64,000 nt of DNA from Betaproteobacteria bacterium (GTDB taxonomy: Bacteria > Pseudomonadota > Gammaproteobacteria > Burkholderiales > SG8-39): NCBI GenBank assembly GCA_947482825.1, contig CANKMT010000002.1, positions 5,166 to 69,165 on the forward strand. Reading direction: 5' to 3'. The notes beneath the pieces are model-generated. The model did no database searches, was not told where the DNA came from, and saw nothing but the letters and a program-made list of their open reading frames with translations. How positions within the stretch are numbered: position 1 is the first letter of the stretch; each line of letters opens with the position of its first letter. Shown piece by piece: positions 46,048 to 57,193 of this stretch. Both the position numbers and the translations under genes were made by a program.

Positions 46048-47259
46048 ATGGAACTTCGACTCATCAAGAGCGACGAGCAATACCGCGCTTATCTCACCGA
46101 GGTAGACCGGCTCGCGACTGACGATCCCCTGCCGGGAACGTCTGAGGGTGATCGACTCGAACTCCTTGCGAAGCTGGTCGAAGACTACGAGAAAGAACGG
46201 TTCAGTTTCGCTCGACCCGATCCGATCGACGCCATTCTTTACCGCATGGAAGAGCAAGGGCTGCGCCAGAAGGATCTCGCTCCCATGGTGGGCGGCAAGA
46301 ACCGGGTTTCCGAAATCCTGTCACGCAAGCGCCCTCTTACGCTTTCGATGATTCGAGCATTGAGTGATTCGCTTCATATTCCCGCTGACCTGCTGATCAG
46401 GGAACCCGAGCCGCCTTCGTATGGTAGAGACGCGCTCGAAGAGACGATTGGAGACGACATTGCGCTACCTTATTTGATGAAGTCAGGGTGGTTCGGCGAT
46501 GAGGCGATATCCGAGGCAGCGATGACCGCAGTCGTGCAACGCTACCTCAGCCCCCCCGCAGGGCCCCTATATCTGCGACGCACGGTAACCTACGGTGCGA
46601 CGCCAGATACAAATAAAACGAAATTGCGATTGTGGGTCAGCAAGGTTCGCGACCTCGCCTTGAATTCACGCAAAGAGCGCGGCGTATGGAATCCAGACAC
46701 GCTGAACGAAGAATTTCTTTCCTATGTCGCGAAGCTGAGTTGGACGGAGAAAGGGCCAAAGCGCGCGCAGGAATTTCTTGCCGAGAAAGGGATCGCACTC
46801 GTCGTGTGGCCCGGGCTGCCGCAAACGAAACTCGATGGCGCCGCGATGCACGATGCGGATGGCGCGCCGATCATTGGCATCAGTATTCGCAACGATCGGC
46901 TCGACAGCTTCTGGTTCACACTTCTGCATGAGCTGGCCCACGCGTGGAAGCATCTTGCCGAACACGATATCGCGATTACCGACGAAAATCTGGAGGACGG
47001 TCAGGACGACGACTCCAAAGAAGTCGAAGCAAACCGGATTGCCAGAGACGCGTTCATCCCTCGGTCGCTCTGGAAGCGATCCGAAGCGTACTTGCGTCCT
47101 TCGCAGGAAACAGTATTCGCATTTGCCAATCAACTGCACATCAGCCCGGCGATCGTCGCGGGGCGTTTGCGCCGCGAGAAGACCGGCTACAACACCTTGA
47201 GCAAGCTCGTCGGCAATCGACAAGTGCGCAAGCTTTTCCCGGAAGTGAAGTGGGGATAA
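46048..47259 (+). CDS. HigA-like HTH antitoxin fused to an ImmA/IrrE-family zinc metallopeptidase domain
   Basis: N-terminal 125 aa resemble HigA (IKSDEQYRAYLTEVDRL...GDRLELLAKLVEDYE...GLRQKDLAPMVGGKNRVSEILSRKRPLTLSMIRAL). The C-terminal part carries HEXXH (FTLLHELAHAWKH) in an ImmA/IrrE-like context. Confidence 0.85.
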   Translation: MELRLIKSDEQYRAYLTEVDRLATDDPLPGTSEGDRLELLAKLVEDYEKERFSFARPDPIDAILYRMEEQGLRQKDLAPMVGGKNRVSEILSRKRPLTLSMIRALSDSLHIPADLLIREPEPPSYGRDALEETIGDDIALPYLMKSGWFGDEAISEAAMTAVVQRYLSPPAGPLYLRRTVTYGATPDTNKTKLRLWVSKVRDLALNSRKERGVWNPDTLNEEFLSYVAKLSWTEKGPKRAQEFLAEKGIALVVWPGLPQTKLDGAAMHDADGAPIIGISIRNDRLDSFWFTLLHELAHAWKHLAEHDIAITDENLEDGQDDDSKEVEANRIARDAFIPRSLWKRSEAYLRPSQETVFAFANQLHISPAIVAGRLRREKTGYNTLSKLVGNRQVRKLFPEVKWG

Positions 47260-47410
47260 GCCTAGTCGCCTGAAAACAAGGGAGGATGGCCTTTCCGGTA
47301 GTCCTGACGTTCATTCGGTAGCCCAGCTTTAGCGTTAAAATTGCCATCCTCGATATCGACCGCGCGCCTGCTAGAAGGCGCGGCAGAATTTTCCTCCCGG
47401 GAGACCCGTA

Positions 47411-49504
47411 ATGAGCGACGCAACAACCTATTCCGTCCATGACGGCATCGCCGTCATTGTCATGAACAACCCGCCGGTCAACGGCCTGGGCAGCGTGCTG
47501 CGCCCCGGCATCGTCGAGGGCATGAAGAAGGCGGAAGCCGATCCCGCCGTGAAGGCGCTGGTGATCATGGGTACGGCCAAGGCGTTCTCCGGCGGCGCGG
47601 ACATCCGCGAGTTCAACACGCCGAAGTCGTCGATGTCTCCCACGTTGCCCGAAATCAATGACGCGCAGGACGCATTCAAGAAACCGATGGTCGCCGCGAT
47701 CGGCGGCTTCGCGCTCGGCGGCGGCCTGGAACTCGCGCTGGGCTGCCACTACCGCGTGGCACTCCCCAAGACCTTGTTGGGACTTCCCGAGGTCAAGCTC
47801 GGCATCCTGCCCGGCTCCGGAGGCACGCAGCGCCTCCCGCGCGTGGTCGGCGCGGCCGAAGGCGTGAAGATGATGACCACCGGTAATCCCGTGCCGGCCG
47901 AGAAAGGCCTGCCGCTCGGGCTCATCGACGAGATCGTGCAGGGCGACCTGCTCGAAGGCGCGCTCGCGTTCGCGAAGAAGCTCGTTGCCGAAGGCAAGGG
48001 GCCACGACGTATCCGCGACCTCGCGGTGAAGGTGGACGGCGACCCGAAGACGTTCTTCGAGGCCGCGCGCGCCGAAGTCGGCAAGGCTTCGCGGGGTTAT
48101 CCGGCGCCGCTGGAAATCGTCGCTTGCGTCGAGGCCGCGGTGAACCTGCCGTTCGACGAAGGCCGCAAGGAAGAGCGCCGCAGGTTTGCGGGTCTGGTGG
48201 AAGGCAACGAGTCCAAGGCCCTGCGCCACATGTTCTTCGCCGAGCGCCAGACGTCCAAGATCCCCGATGTGCCCGACGACACGCCGACCCGCAAAATCGA
48301 AAAGGCAGCCGTGATCGGCGCCGGCACCATGGGCGGCGGCATCACGATGAACTTCGTAAACGTCGGCATCCCGGTCACGATCATCGAGATGAAGCAGGAC
48401 GCCCTCGACCGGGGCATGGCCACCATCAAGAAGAATTACGCGAACACCGTTTCCAAGGGCCGCCTCAAGCAGGAAGAAATGGACAAGCGCATGGCGCTGA
48501 TCACGCCGGCGCTCGACATCGCGGCCGGCAAGGACGCCGACATCGTGATCGAAGCGGTGTTCGAACGCATGGACGTCAAGCAGGAGATCTTCAAGAAGCT
48601 CGACGCCCTGATGAAACCCGGCGCGATCCTAGCCTCCAACACCTCGACGCTGGACGTGGATGCGATCGCGGCGGTGACCAAGCGCCCGCAGGACGTGATC
48701 GGCACGCACTTCTTCTCGCCGGCCAACGTGATGCGCCTGCTGGAAGTGGTGCGCGGCAAGGCCACCGGCAAGGATGTGCTGGCCACGACCATGGCGCTTG
48801 GCAAGAAGATCAAGAAAGTGCCGGTGGTCTCCGGCGTCTGCGACGGCTTCATCGGCAACCGCATGATCGAGAAGTACGGCCAGCAGTCGCTCTTCCTGCT
48901 TGATGAGGGTTGCAGCCCGCAGCAGGTCGATGCCGCCGCGCAGAAATGGGGCCTCGCGATGGGGCCGCTCGCGATGGGCGACATGGCGGGCCTGGACATC
49001 GGCTGGGAGATCCGCAAGCGCCGCTATGTCGAGCGCCCGAATTTCGTGTACTCCAAGGTCGGCGACAAGATCGCGGAACTGGGCCGCTACGGCCAGAAGA
49101 CCGGCAAGGGCTGGTACCTCTACGAAGCCGGCAACCGGAAACCGGTCCCCGACCCCGAGGTCGAGAAGATCATCGCCGACTACCGCAAGGCGAACAACAT
49201 TCAGGCGCGCCAGATATCGGACGAGGAGATCGTCGAGCGCCTGATTTACGCGCTGGTCAACGAGGCGGCCTACATCCTCGAGGAAGGCATTGCGCTGCGG
49301 GCCTCCGACATCGACATGGTGTACCTCACCGGCTACGGCTTCCCGCCGTACCGCGGCGGCCCGATGTTCTACGCCGACACCGTGGGCCTGCCCAAGGTGC
49401 TCGCCTCGATCGAGAAGTTCCAGAAAGGCTACATGGGCGAAGTCTGGAAGCCGGCGCCGCTCTTGGTGAAGCTGGCCGGGGAAGGCAAGAGGTTCAATGG
49501 ATGA
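47411..49504 (+). CDS. Multifunctional enoyl-CoA hydratase / 3-hydroxyacyl-CoA dehydrogenase (FadB/FadJ-like)
   Basis: 697 aa. N-terminal crotonase (FSGGADIREF) and NAD-binding AAVIGAGTMGGGI 3-hydroxyacyl-CoA dehydrogenase domains. Confidence 0.93.
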   Translation: MSDATTYSVHDGIAVIVMNNPPVNGLGSVLRPGIVEGMKKAEADPAVKALVIMGTAKAFSGGADIREFNTPKSSMSPTLPEINDAQDAFKKPMVAAIGGFALGGGLELALGCHYRVALPKTLLGLPEVKLGILPGSGGTQRLPRVVGAAEGVKMMTTGNPVPAEKGLPLGLIDEIVQGDLLEGALAFAKKLVAEGKGPRRIRDLAVKVDGDPKTFFEAARAEVGKASRGYPAPLEIVACVEAAVNLPFDEGRKEERRRFAGLVEGNESKALRHMFFAERQTSKIPDVPDDTPTRKIEKAAVIGAGTMGGGITMNFVNVGIPVTIIEMKQDALDRGMATIKKNYANTVSKGRLKQEEMDKRMALITPALDIAAGKDADIVIEAVFERMDVKQEIFKKLDALMKPGAILASNTSTLDVDAIAAVTKRPQDVIGTHFFSPANVMRLLEVVRGKATGKDVLATTMALGKKIKKVPVVSGVCDGFIGNRMIEKYGQQSLFLLDEGCSPQQVDAAAQKWGLAMGPLAMGDMAGLDIGWEIRKRRYVERPNFVYSKVGDKIAELGRYGQKTGKGWYLYEAGNRKPVPDPEVEKIIADYRKANNIQARQISDEEIVERLIYALVNEAAYILEEGIALRASDIDMVYLTGYGFPPYRGGPMFYADTVGLPKVLASIEKFQKGYMGEVWKPAPLLVKLAGEGKRFNG

Positions 49505-50052
49505 GAATCACTGCGACAGCATGGCTGCTCGCTTGCGCGATCGGCGCCGCCGGCGCCCTGTCGTCTCCGGCGCAGGCGCAGAAATCGGCAACCCGTGCCA
49601 CCGACGGTTCTTTCGCCCCGCGCCACAACGCCGCGTTCCCCGGTGAGACAAAGCAGAGTACCCGGGAAAGCAAGACCGCTGCGGGTCAGGCTGTCACAAC
49701 GCACCTGCGCGAGCTCAAGAGCGGCGACCGTTACTACGGCACGGCGTGGACTCCGGTCCCGTCGATGCCTCCGGAAGCCGCGGAACAAGCGAAACTGCTC
49801 GAAGTGGCCACGAACGAAGCACTCAGGACCGGCGGTCCGGGTGCAACCGTGGTTTCGAAGCAAGATGTCACAGTGAACGGCGTTCCCGGCCTGGCCTATG
49901 TGATCGACATGCCTGCATCGAACACGAGACTCCGGCAGCAGATCTTCCTGGTCACAGGCGTGCTCGTGGAGCAAACCTACACGGGTCCGGCGGGCGCCGA
50001 AACCCGGCGCGAAGCGAACCGGTTTTGCGATTCCCCCAGGCTCGTCCCCTGA
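49501..50052 (+). CDS. Hypothetical secreted protein
   Basis: ATG overlaps the fadB-like stop (ATGA). Signal peptide [26 protein letters not shown]. 183 aa, no family recognised. Confidence 0.6.
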   Translation: MRITATAWLLACAIGAAGALSSPAQAQKSATRATDGSFAPRHNAAFPGETKQSTRESKTAAGQAVTTHLRELKSGDRYYGTAWTPVPSMPPEAAEQAKLLEVATNEALRTGGPGATVVSKQDVTVNGVPGLAYVIDMPASNTRLRQQIFLVTGVLVEQTYTGPAGAETRREANRFCDSPRLVP

Positions 50053-50086
50053 AACCGCAGCCAGTATTCCTAAGAGGAGAAACACC

Positions 50087-51265
<1,179 letters not shown>

Positions 51266-51315
51266 AACGCCGGTGCGGTACATAAAAAAATAAGGGGCGT
51301 ACCGCTGCCCCCGGC

Positions 51316-51341
51316 AAAGGGCGCTTCAGAAGGCGCCCTTT
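51316..51341 (+). terminator. Probable intrinsic terminator after the thiolase gene
   Basis: AAAGGGCGC-TTCAGAAG-GCGCCCTTT: 9-bp stem ending in TTT. Confidence 0.5.
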
Positions 51342-51362
51342 CCATTCCAAGGAGACGAAGCA

Positions 51363-52331
51363 ATGAAGATCGGACTGAAATTATTGTGCGTTGCGGTTCT
51401 CGCGACACCCCTGGCGGGGCTCGCCCAGGCTTACCCGAACAAGCCCATCAGGATCATCGTGCCCTGGCCTCCTGGCCAGGCGACCGACCTCGCGGCGCGC
51501 ATCGTCGCGGAAAAGCTGGCGGTCGCGCTCGGGCAGCCTTTCGTGGTCGAGAATAAGCCCGGCGCCGGCGGCGCAATCGGCACCGAGGCGGTGGTGAAGT
51601 CCCCCCCGGACGGCTACACGCTGCTCGCGGCTTCCAGCGGGCCGATCTCCATCATGCCCAACCTGCAGAAAACGCCCTACGAGCCGCTCAAGGACCTGGC
51701 GCCCGTCAGCCTGACCGCGATGGCGCCGTTCGCGTTGGTGGGGCGGCCGAATTTTCCGGCGGCCAACGCAAGAGAACTTGTCGCGCTGGTTCGCGCCAAC
51801 CCGGACAAATACACGTTCTCCTCCTCGGGCACCGGCGCCACCGCGCACCTATTCTCGGAACTCTTCCACTCGATGGCGCAGATCAAGGCGCGCCACGTGC
51901 CGTACAAGGGCAGCGCTCCGGCGATGACCGACCTCATGGGCGGCCAGGTCGACTACACGATCGAGACGGTGGCCGCCGTGGTGGCCCACGTGAAGTCCGG
52001 CAAGCTCAAGGGCTACGGCGTGACGACCGCCAGGCGCAGCTCGGCGCTGCCCGAACTGCCGCCGCTGGCCGAAGCCGCGAACATCCCCGGTTACGACGCG
52101 GCGGCATGGATCGGCTACGCAGCCCCGGCCGGCACGCCGCGGGAGATCACCGCCCGACTCTCGGCCGAGATCCAGAAGGCGATGCTCGCGCAGGACCTCA
52201 AGGACCGCTACGTGACGCTCGGGATGGAGCCGGCGGCGAATACGCCGGAAGAGCTCGGCGCACTCATGCGGCGCGAGCAGGAGCGGTACGGGCAGATCAT
52301 CAGGACGGCGAACATCAAGATCGAACAGTAG
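51363..52331 (+). CDS. Bug/TctC-family substrate-binding protein
   Basis: AAGGAGA ribosome-binding site. Signal peptide then AQAYPNKPIRIIVPWPPGQATDLAAR. Confidence 0.9.
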   Translation: MKIGLKLLCVAVLATPLAGLAQAYPNKPIRIIVPWPPGQATDLAARIVAEKLAVALGQPFVVENKPGAGGAIGTEAVVKSPPDGYTLLAASSGPISIMPNLQKTPYEPLKDLAPVSLTAMAPFALVGRPNFPAANARELVALVRANPDKYTFSSSGTGATAHLFSELFHSMAQIKARHVPYKGSAPAMTDLMGGQVDYTIETVAAVVAHVKSGKLKGYGVTTARRSSALPELPPLAEAANIPGYDAAAWIGYAAPAGTPREITARLSAEIQKAMLAQDLKDRYVTLGMEPAANTPEELGALMRREQERYGQIIRTANIKIEQ

Positions 52332-52446
52332 GGGACAAGAGCAGGGGGCGACTCAGGTCGTCTCCCCCCGCACCCCCCACTCCACGCCCGGTGCGCGATA
52401 TTTTGACCAAACCAATTTCAGAGAATCGCGCCGTTATTGACTCTCC

Positions 52447-52484
52447 GGCTAGTTGATGTATCGACACCGATACATCAACTAGCC
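52447..52484. terminator. Perfect 17-bp inverted repeat between convergent genes (possible bidirectional terminator)
   Basis: GGCTAGTTGATGTATCG-ACAC-CGATACATCAACTAGCC. Its right end touches the stop codon of the redoxin gene. Confidence 0.45.
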
Positions 52485-53089
52485 TAGTACTTCACCGTGC
52501 AGCCGTAGGAAACCGTGCTCGAAACCATCACCGGCTTGCCCGCCATCGCATCGCCGAGCGCGGCGCGCACGTAGTTCTTCGCGCCTTTCGTTTCCTCGAG
52601 GCTGGCCGAGCGGCGGTCGTCGATCGCGCCGGCATAGATCAGCTGGCCCCTGGGATCGATCACGTACATGTGCGGGGTCGTGGTGGCGCCATAGGCCTTG
52701 CCGACCTTGCTGTCCGGGTCGAGCAGCATTGCGGCGGGCGCGGCGTTTTTCTTCTTCGTCCAGGCCGCCATCTGCTCGGGGGTCTTGAACTCCGAATGCC
52801 CGGCGCGCGTCGAGTTGATCGACAGCCACGCGACGTTCTTGCCGCCGATCTCCTTCTGCAGGTTCGGCATGTTGGCGCTGTCGTAGTGGCGCTGCACGTA
52901 CGGGCAATCCGGGTTTACCCATTCGAGCACGACATAGCGGCCCTTGAAATCGGCGAGCTTGACGGGCTTGCCGGCGACATCGCTCAGCGTGAATTGCGGC
53001 GCCGGCTGGCCGACCAGGGCCGTGGCAAAGGCCGGCATCGCCGAGAGCGACAGCGGGAGCAACAGGATCTGCAGGATGAATTTGAACAT
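52484..53089 (-). CDS. Periplasmic thioredoxin-fold redoxin (AhpC/TSA-like)
   Basis: Start at MFKFILQILLLPLSL preceded by GGAGG. FKGRYVVLEWVNPDCPYVQRHY thioredoxin-fold motif. Confidence 0.8.
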   Translation of the reverse strand: MFKFILQILLLPLSLSAMPAFATALVGQPAPQFTLSDVAGKPVKLADFKGRYVVLEWVNPDCPYVQRHYDSANMPNLQKEIGGKNVAWLSINSTRAGHSEFKTPEQMAAWTKKKNAAPAAMLLDPDSKVGKAYGATTTPHMYVIDPRGQLIYAGAIDDRRSASLEETKGAKNYVRAALGDAMAGKPVMVSSTVSYGCTVKY

Positions 53090-53115
53090 TGCGGGCCTCC
53101 ATGGGTTAGGGTTCG

Positions 53116-54993
53116 TCAAAGTCCTTCCAGCGCGGCGAGGATGGCGCCGCGGGTCAGTAGTTCAGGCAATAGTCTAGCCTCTCCGCGCGGCGGATACAGC
53201 ACGTAGACCGGCACCCCGTTACGGCCGAGCGCCGCCAGTGCGCGGGTGATTTCCGGGTCGCGCCGTGTCCAGTCGGCTCGCATCAGCGTCACGCCACGGT
53301 CGCGGAACGCCTGCTCGATGTCGGCCTGCCCGAGCACCAGCTGCTTGTTTACCTGGCAGGTCACGCACCAGGCCGCGGTAAAGTCGACGAACACCGGCCT
53401 GCCTTCGGCGCCGAGCGACGCGATGCGCGCCTCGGCGTAGGGCTCCCAGGCGCCCGCGGTCTTGACCTCGGCCCGCACCTCCTCCTGCGGCGCAACCTGC
53501 AGCGCGAAGACCCACGCCAGCCAGATCACGGTAGCGTAAAGCGGGATGGCGAGTACCTGCTTGAAGCGCACCATCCACGCGCCGGGTTTCGGCACCCACC
53601 GCAGCCAGCCCGGACGCAGGGCGAGCAGCACATACGGCGCTGCCATGCCCGCCCCCAGCGCGGTGAACACGCCCACCGCGTCAACAGCGTCTTCCGAAAG
53701 CGCGTATCCGAGCGCCGCCCCCATGAACGGCGCAGTGCAGGGCGAAGCGATCGCTACGGCGAGCACACCGGTGAAGAACGCATCCGCGTGGGCATTCTTC
53801 GGCCGGACCGAGGCGACCGACGAAGGCAGGAAGCTGCCGAACTCGAACACGCCGGACAGGTTGAGCGCCAGCACGAGGAAAAGCACTGCGAGGAAACCGA
53901 CGAACACTGGCGACTGAAGCTGGAACCCCCAGCCAACTTCATGGCCAAGCGACTTGAGAACGATCAGCGCGCCGGCGAGCAGCCAGAACGACGCCAGCAC
54001 CCCGAGCGCATAGAGCGCGCCATGGGTCCGCAGGGCGGCCGCATTCGCGCCGGCGTTCGCGCCCACATGCTTGCCCTCGATGAAGCCGAGCACCTTGATC
54101 GACAGAACCGGCAGCACGCAGGGCATCAGGTTGAGGATCAGCCCGCCGAGGAAAGCGAAGGCGAGCGCCAGCGCGAGGCCCGGCACCGCGCTATCTGAAG
54201 CGCCCCCGGTCACCGGCACGTCGATCTCGATCGGCCGCGGGCCGCCCACGAGCAGTCCCGAGACGCGGTTGAACGCGCCGGCCGGCTGTTGCGCGCGCGG
54301 GATCGAAAGCCGCGTGCCGTCGAACGCCTGTGCGCCGGCGTTGTGGATGCGCCCTTCGTCGAAAGGAAAGTAGGCTAGCTTCGCCAGCGTCGCTCCGACA
54401 GGCGGCTTCACTTCCAGGTCCACGCCATCGCGGGTGCGTGTCGCGGTGAAGAGCCACGAGGGGTCGACTTTCACTGGCAGCGCGGCGCGCACGCGGGCAA
54501 TTGCATCCGACCACTTCGAGGGCGCACTAATGCCAACCGGAAGGTCCAGCATGAAGCGTGCGTCTTCCGGCACGCACCGCTCCTCGCTGCAGACGAGCCA
54601 CTTGGCATGCGCCGTCAGCGTCGCGGTTCCCGCAGCGCCAGCGGGCACGGCGATATCGACGGGCAGGAGCACCTCGTTCTCGTAGCCGTAGTTCATCAGG
54701 TGCGCGGCGGGCAGGCGCTGCGGCGCGGGCCACAGGATACCGCCGGCCGAATAGCCGGGCGGCAGCTTCCATTCGATCTTCGTCGGCTCGCCCGAATCTC
54801 CGGGATTGCGCCAATAGGTGTGCCAGCCGGGGATCATCTTCAGGCGCAGCGCAACCGCAAGCGGCTGGCCGGGGACCGCAGCGATGCCGGCGGCCACGAG
54901 TTCCGCCTCGACGTGCTCGGTCCGCACCGGCGCGGCCGAAACGCTTGCGGCGAAGAACAGCAGGAATAGGAGACGGATCGAGGTCAAGGCCAT
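53116..54993 (-). CDS. dsbD: DsbD-family thiol:disulfide interchange protein (protein-disulfide reductase)
   Basis: 625 aa. N-terminal periplasmic domain, central polytopic domain with LNLMPCVLPVLS and ASPCTAPF, C-terminal thioredoxin domain FTAAWCVTCQ. Confidence 0.88.
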   Translation of the reverse strand: MALTSIRLLFLLFFAASVSAAPVRTEHVEAELVAAGIAAVPGQPLAVALRLKMIPGWHTYWRNPGDSGEPTKIEWKLPPGYSAGGILWPAPQRLPAAHLMNYGYENEVLLPVDIAVPAGAAGTATLTAHAKWLVCSEERCVPEDARFMLDLPVGISAPSKWSDAIARVRAALPVKVDPSWLFTATRTRDGVDLEVKPPVGATLAKLAYFPFDEGRIHNAGAQAFDGTRLSIPRAQQPAGAFNRVSGLLVGGPRPIEIDVPVTGGASDSAVPGLALALAFAFLGGLILNLMPCVLPVLSIKVLGFIEGKHVGANAGANAAALRTHGALYALGVLASFWLLAGALIVLKSLGHEVGWGFQLQSPVFVGFLAVLFLVLALNLSGVFEFGSFLPSSVASVRPKNAHADAFFTGVLAVAIASPCTAPFMGAALGYALSEDAVDAVGVFTALGAGMAAPYVLLALRPGWLRWVPKPGAWMVRFKQVLAIPLYATVIWLAWVFALQVAPQEEVRAEVKTAGAWEPYAEARIASLGAEGRPVFVDFTAAWCVTCQVNKQLVLGQADIEQAFRDRGVTLMRADWTRRDPEITRALAALGRNGVPVYVLYPPRGEARLLPELLTRGAILAALEGL

Positions 54994-55019
54994 GCCGCGA
55001 GTTTAGATAAGATTCGGGG

Positions 55020-56063
55020 ATGCGAGCATTCCTTCTGAGCCTTCTGCTGATTGCCGCTTCGGGCGCGCTGGCCCACGACAATCCTTCGACCTCGGCAGCC
55101 GCCGAGCGAATGCGCGCGGCCACCGAGCGGCTGCTCGCCTCGATGCCGCAAGCCGAACGCGCCAAGGCGCTGCGGCCCTTCGAGGATCGCGACCGCCTGG
55201 ACTGGCACTACACGCCGCGCAGCCGCAACGGCGTGTCCTTCAAGGACCTCGACGGCGGCGCTCGCGAGGTGATGCATGCCTTGCTCAAGCAGGCCCGGTC
55301 CGCGACCGGCCACGCCAAGTTGGTGAATATCATCGAGCTCGAGCTGGTGCTGAAGGAGATCGAGACTTTCGGACTCATGCGCGACCCCGTGCGCTACCAC
55401 CTCACGATCTACGGCACGCCGAATCGCACGACCGCCTGGGGCTGGCGATTCGAAGGGCATCACCTGTCGCTCAACTTCACGCTGGCCGGCGACAAGGCGG
55501 TGTCGGACACGCCGAGCTTTTTCGGCGCCAATCCGGCCCTCGTGCCGAGGGGCCTGAAGAAAGGCCTGCGCGTGCTGGCAGAGGAGGAGGACGAGGCGAG
55601 GAAACTACTCGGCTCGCTCAGCCCCGCGCAGCGCGGCACCGTTGTGTTCGAGCCGCAGACCTACGGCGAGATCGTCACCGCGAATTCGGAAAAGGTCGAC
55701 CCGATGAAACCGGTCGGGGTTGCCGCCGCCCAAATGGACGAAAAGCAGCGCGCCCAATTGCTGAAGCTGATCGAAGTCTACGTGCGCAATTTCGAGCCCG
55801 CCCTCGCGGCGGCGCGCACAGCCCGCGTACTCGAGGGCGGCATCGAGAAGATCCACTTTGGCTGGGCCGGCGCGACCGAGCGCGGCAAGCCGCACTACTA
55901 TCGTGTGCAGGGCCCGCTGTTCCTGATCGAATACGATTCATCGCAGAACGGCGGCAACCACATCCACACCGTATGGCGCGATTTCATCGGCGACTTCGGG
56001 CGCGACCTGCTTCGCGAGCACGACGAAGGCGTGAAAACTTCAGGCGGCACGCACCGCCACTAG
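55020..56063 (+). CDS. DUF3500-family secreted protein
   Basis: Signal peptide. HYYRVQGPLFLIEYDSSQNGGNHIHTVWRD matches my memory of DUF3500. Confidence 0.78.
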   Translation: MRAFLLSLLLIAASGALAHDNPSTSAAAERMRAATERLLASMPQAERAKALRPFEDRDRLDWHYTPRSRNGVSFKDLDGGAREVMHALLKQARSATGHAKLVNIIELELVLKEIETFGLMRDPVRYHLTIYGTPNRTTAWGWRFEGHHLSLNFTLAGDKAVSDTPSFFGANPALVPRGLKKGLRVLAEEEDEARKLLGSLSPAQRGTVVFEPQTYGEIVTANSEKVDPMKPVGVAAAQMDEKQRAQLLKLIEVYVRNFEPALAAARTARVLEGGIEKIHFGWAGATERGKPHYYRVQGPLFLIEYDSSQNGGNHIHTVWRDFIGDFGRDLLREHDEGVKTSGGTHRH

Positions 56064-56121
56064 CCACCGGATAGCGCTCCGATTTGCCGCCACGCCTACC
56101 CGCCGGCGGGGTTTGCGGCTC

Positions 56122-57183
56122 TCAGGAGACCGGGTGCGCCTCGAACGGCACGCCGAGCCTTTCGCCCAGTGCGCGCAGTTCACGTTCGATCGCTGGAGGT
56201 ACGTCCAGGCCCTTATCGAGGGCCGCCCTTTCGAGATCGGCGCCACGGTGCCCGGGCAGCCGCCCTTCGTCGCCGCCCGCTTCGAGGTAGGTGCCTGTCC
56301 ATTGGGACATGTAGGCGTTGAACACCTCGCGGCTGGCGAACGCCGCCGGATTCACGAACCAGAAGAACGCCGACTCTCTCCCGCCTGCGCCACCCGAAGC
56401 CATGGTCGTGGGCCCCCTCTCCAGGGACGCCGCGCTTGCGCTGAAGGCTCCCGCGAGAAGCTCGATCATCATCGACATGCCGATGCCCTTGTGCCCGCCG
56501 GTCGGCAGCAGCGGGCCGGCGAGTGCGCGTTCGGCGTCGGTCGTCGGGGCTCCGTCCGAATCCAGCGCCCAGCCCTCGGGGATCGGACGCCCTTCGCGGG
56601 CGGCAAGAAGGATGTGGCCGCGCGCCGCCACACTGCAGGCCATGTCGAAGATCAGCGGGTCGGCACCCGGAACGGGGCAACCGAAGGCGAGAGGGTTGTG
56701 CCCGATCGCCGGCCCTTTGAATCCCTGCATTGCGAGCAGGGGCGGCGTGTGCTGCCCGAGCATGCAGAACATGCCGGCCTCGGCCGCCGCAATCGCATGC
56801 ACGCCGAGCGCGCCGAGGTGCCCGATGTCGCGCACCGCCACGAACACCGCCGCCTGATGTTTGAGTTGTTCGAGCCCGAGCGCCACGACGGCGGGCGCCG
56901 CCACGTGCCCTATCGCACCATCGGCCTCGAATACGAACACGCCGGCGCGCTGAACGTGCCGCATGTCGGGGCGCGCATTGAACTCGCCGGTCTCCAGGCG
57001 CTGCACGTAGGAGGCGACTCGCGTGAGGCCATGGGTGCGCCAGCCGCGCAGGTCGCTGCGCACCAGCAGCGCGGCCGCAGTGCGGGCGTCCGATTGCGGC
57101 ACGCGGCTGCGCTCGAGGATCGCGGCGGTCCAGGATTCGAGTTCGTTAGGACGGTAGCGTGTCCCGGGAGTGGTCTGTGCCAT
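56122..57183 (-). CDS. Ldh_2 family (malate/L-lactate/ureidoglycolate dehydrogenase type 2) oxidoreductase
   Basis: 353 aa. RTHGLTRVASYVQRL, IGHNPLAFG, GGHKGIGMSMMIELLAG. Confidence 0.88.
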   Translation of the reverse strand: MAQTTPGTRYRPNELESWTAAILERSRVPQSDARTAAALLVRSDLRGWRTHGLTRVASYVQRLETGEFNARPDMRHVQRAGVFVFEADGAIGHVAAPAVVALGLEQLKHQAAVFVAVRDIGHLGALGVHAIAAAEAGMFCMLGQHTPPLLAMQGFKGPAIGHNPLAFGCPVPGADPLIFDMACSVAARGHILLAAREGRPIPEGWALDSDGAPTTDAERALAGPLLPTGGHKGIGMSMMIELLAGAFSASAASLERGPTTMASGGAGGRESAFFWFVNPAAFASREVFNAYMSQWTGTYLEAGGDEGRLPGHRGADLERAALDKGLDVPPAIERELRALGERLGVPFEAHPVS

Positions 57184-57193
57184 GGAAAACAGC

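Noticed and set aside
37792-47410. Integrase, transposase, tRNA attachment site or clear terminal direct repeats delimiting the accessory island.
   Set aside because: None could be identified by eye. Short shared strings at the higBA flanks (for example GCTTTAG) are too short to be meaningful.
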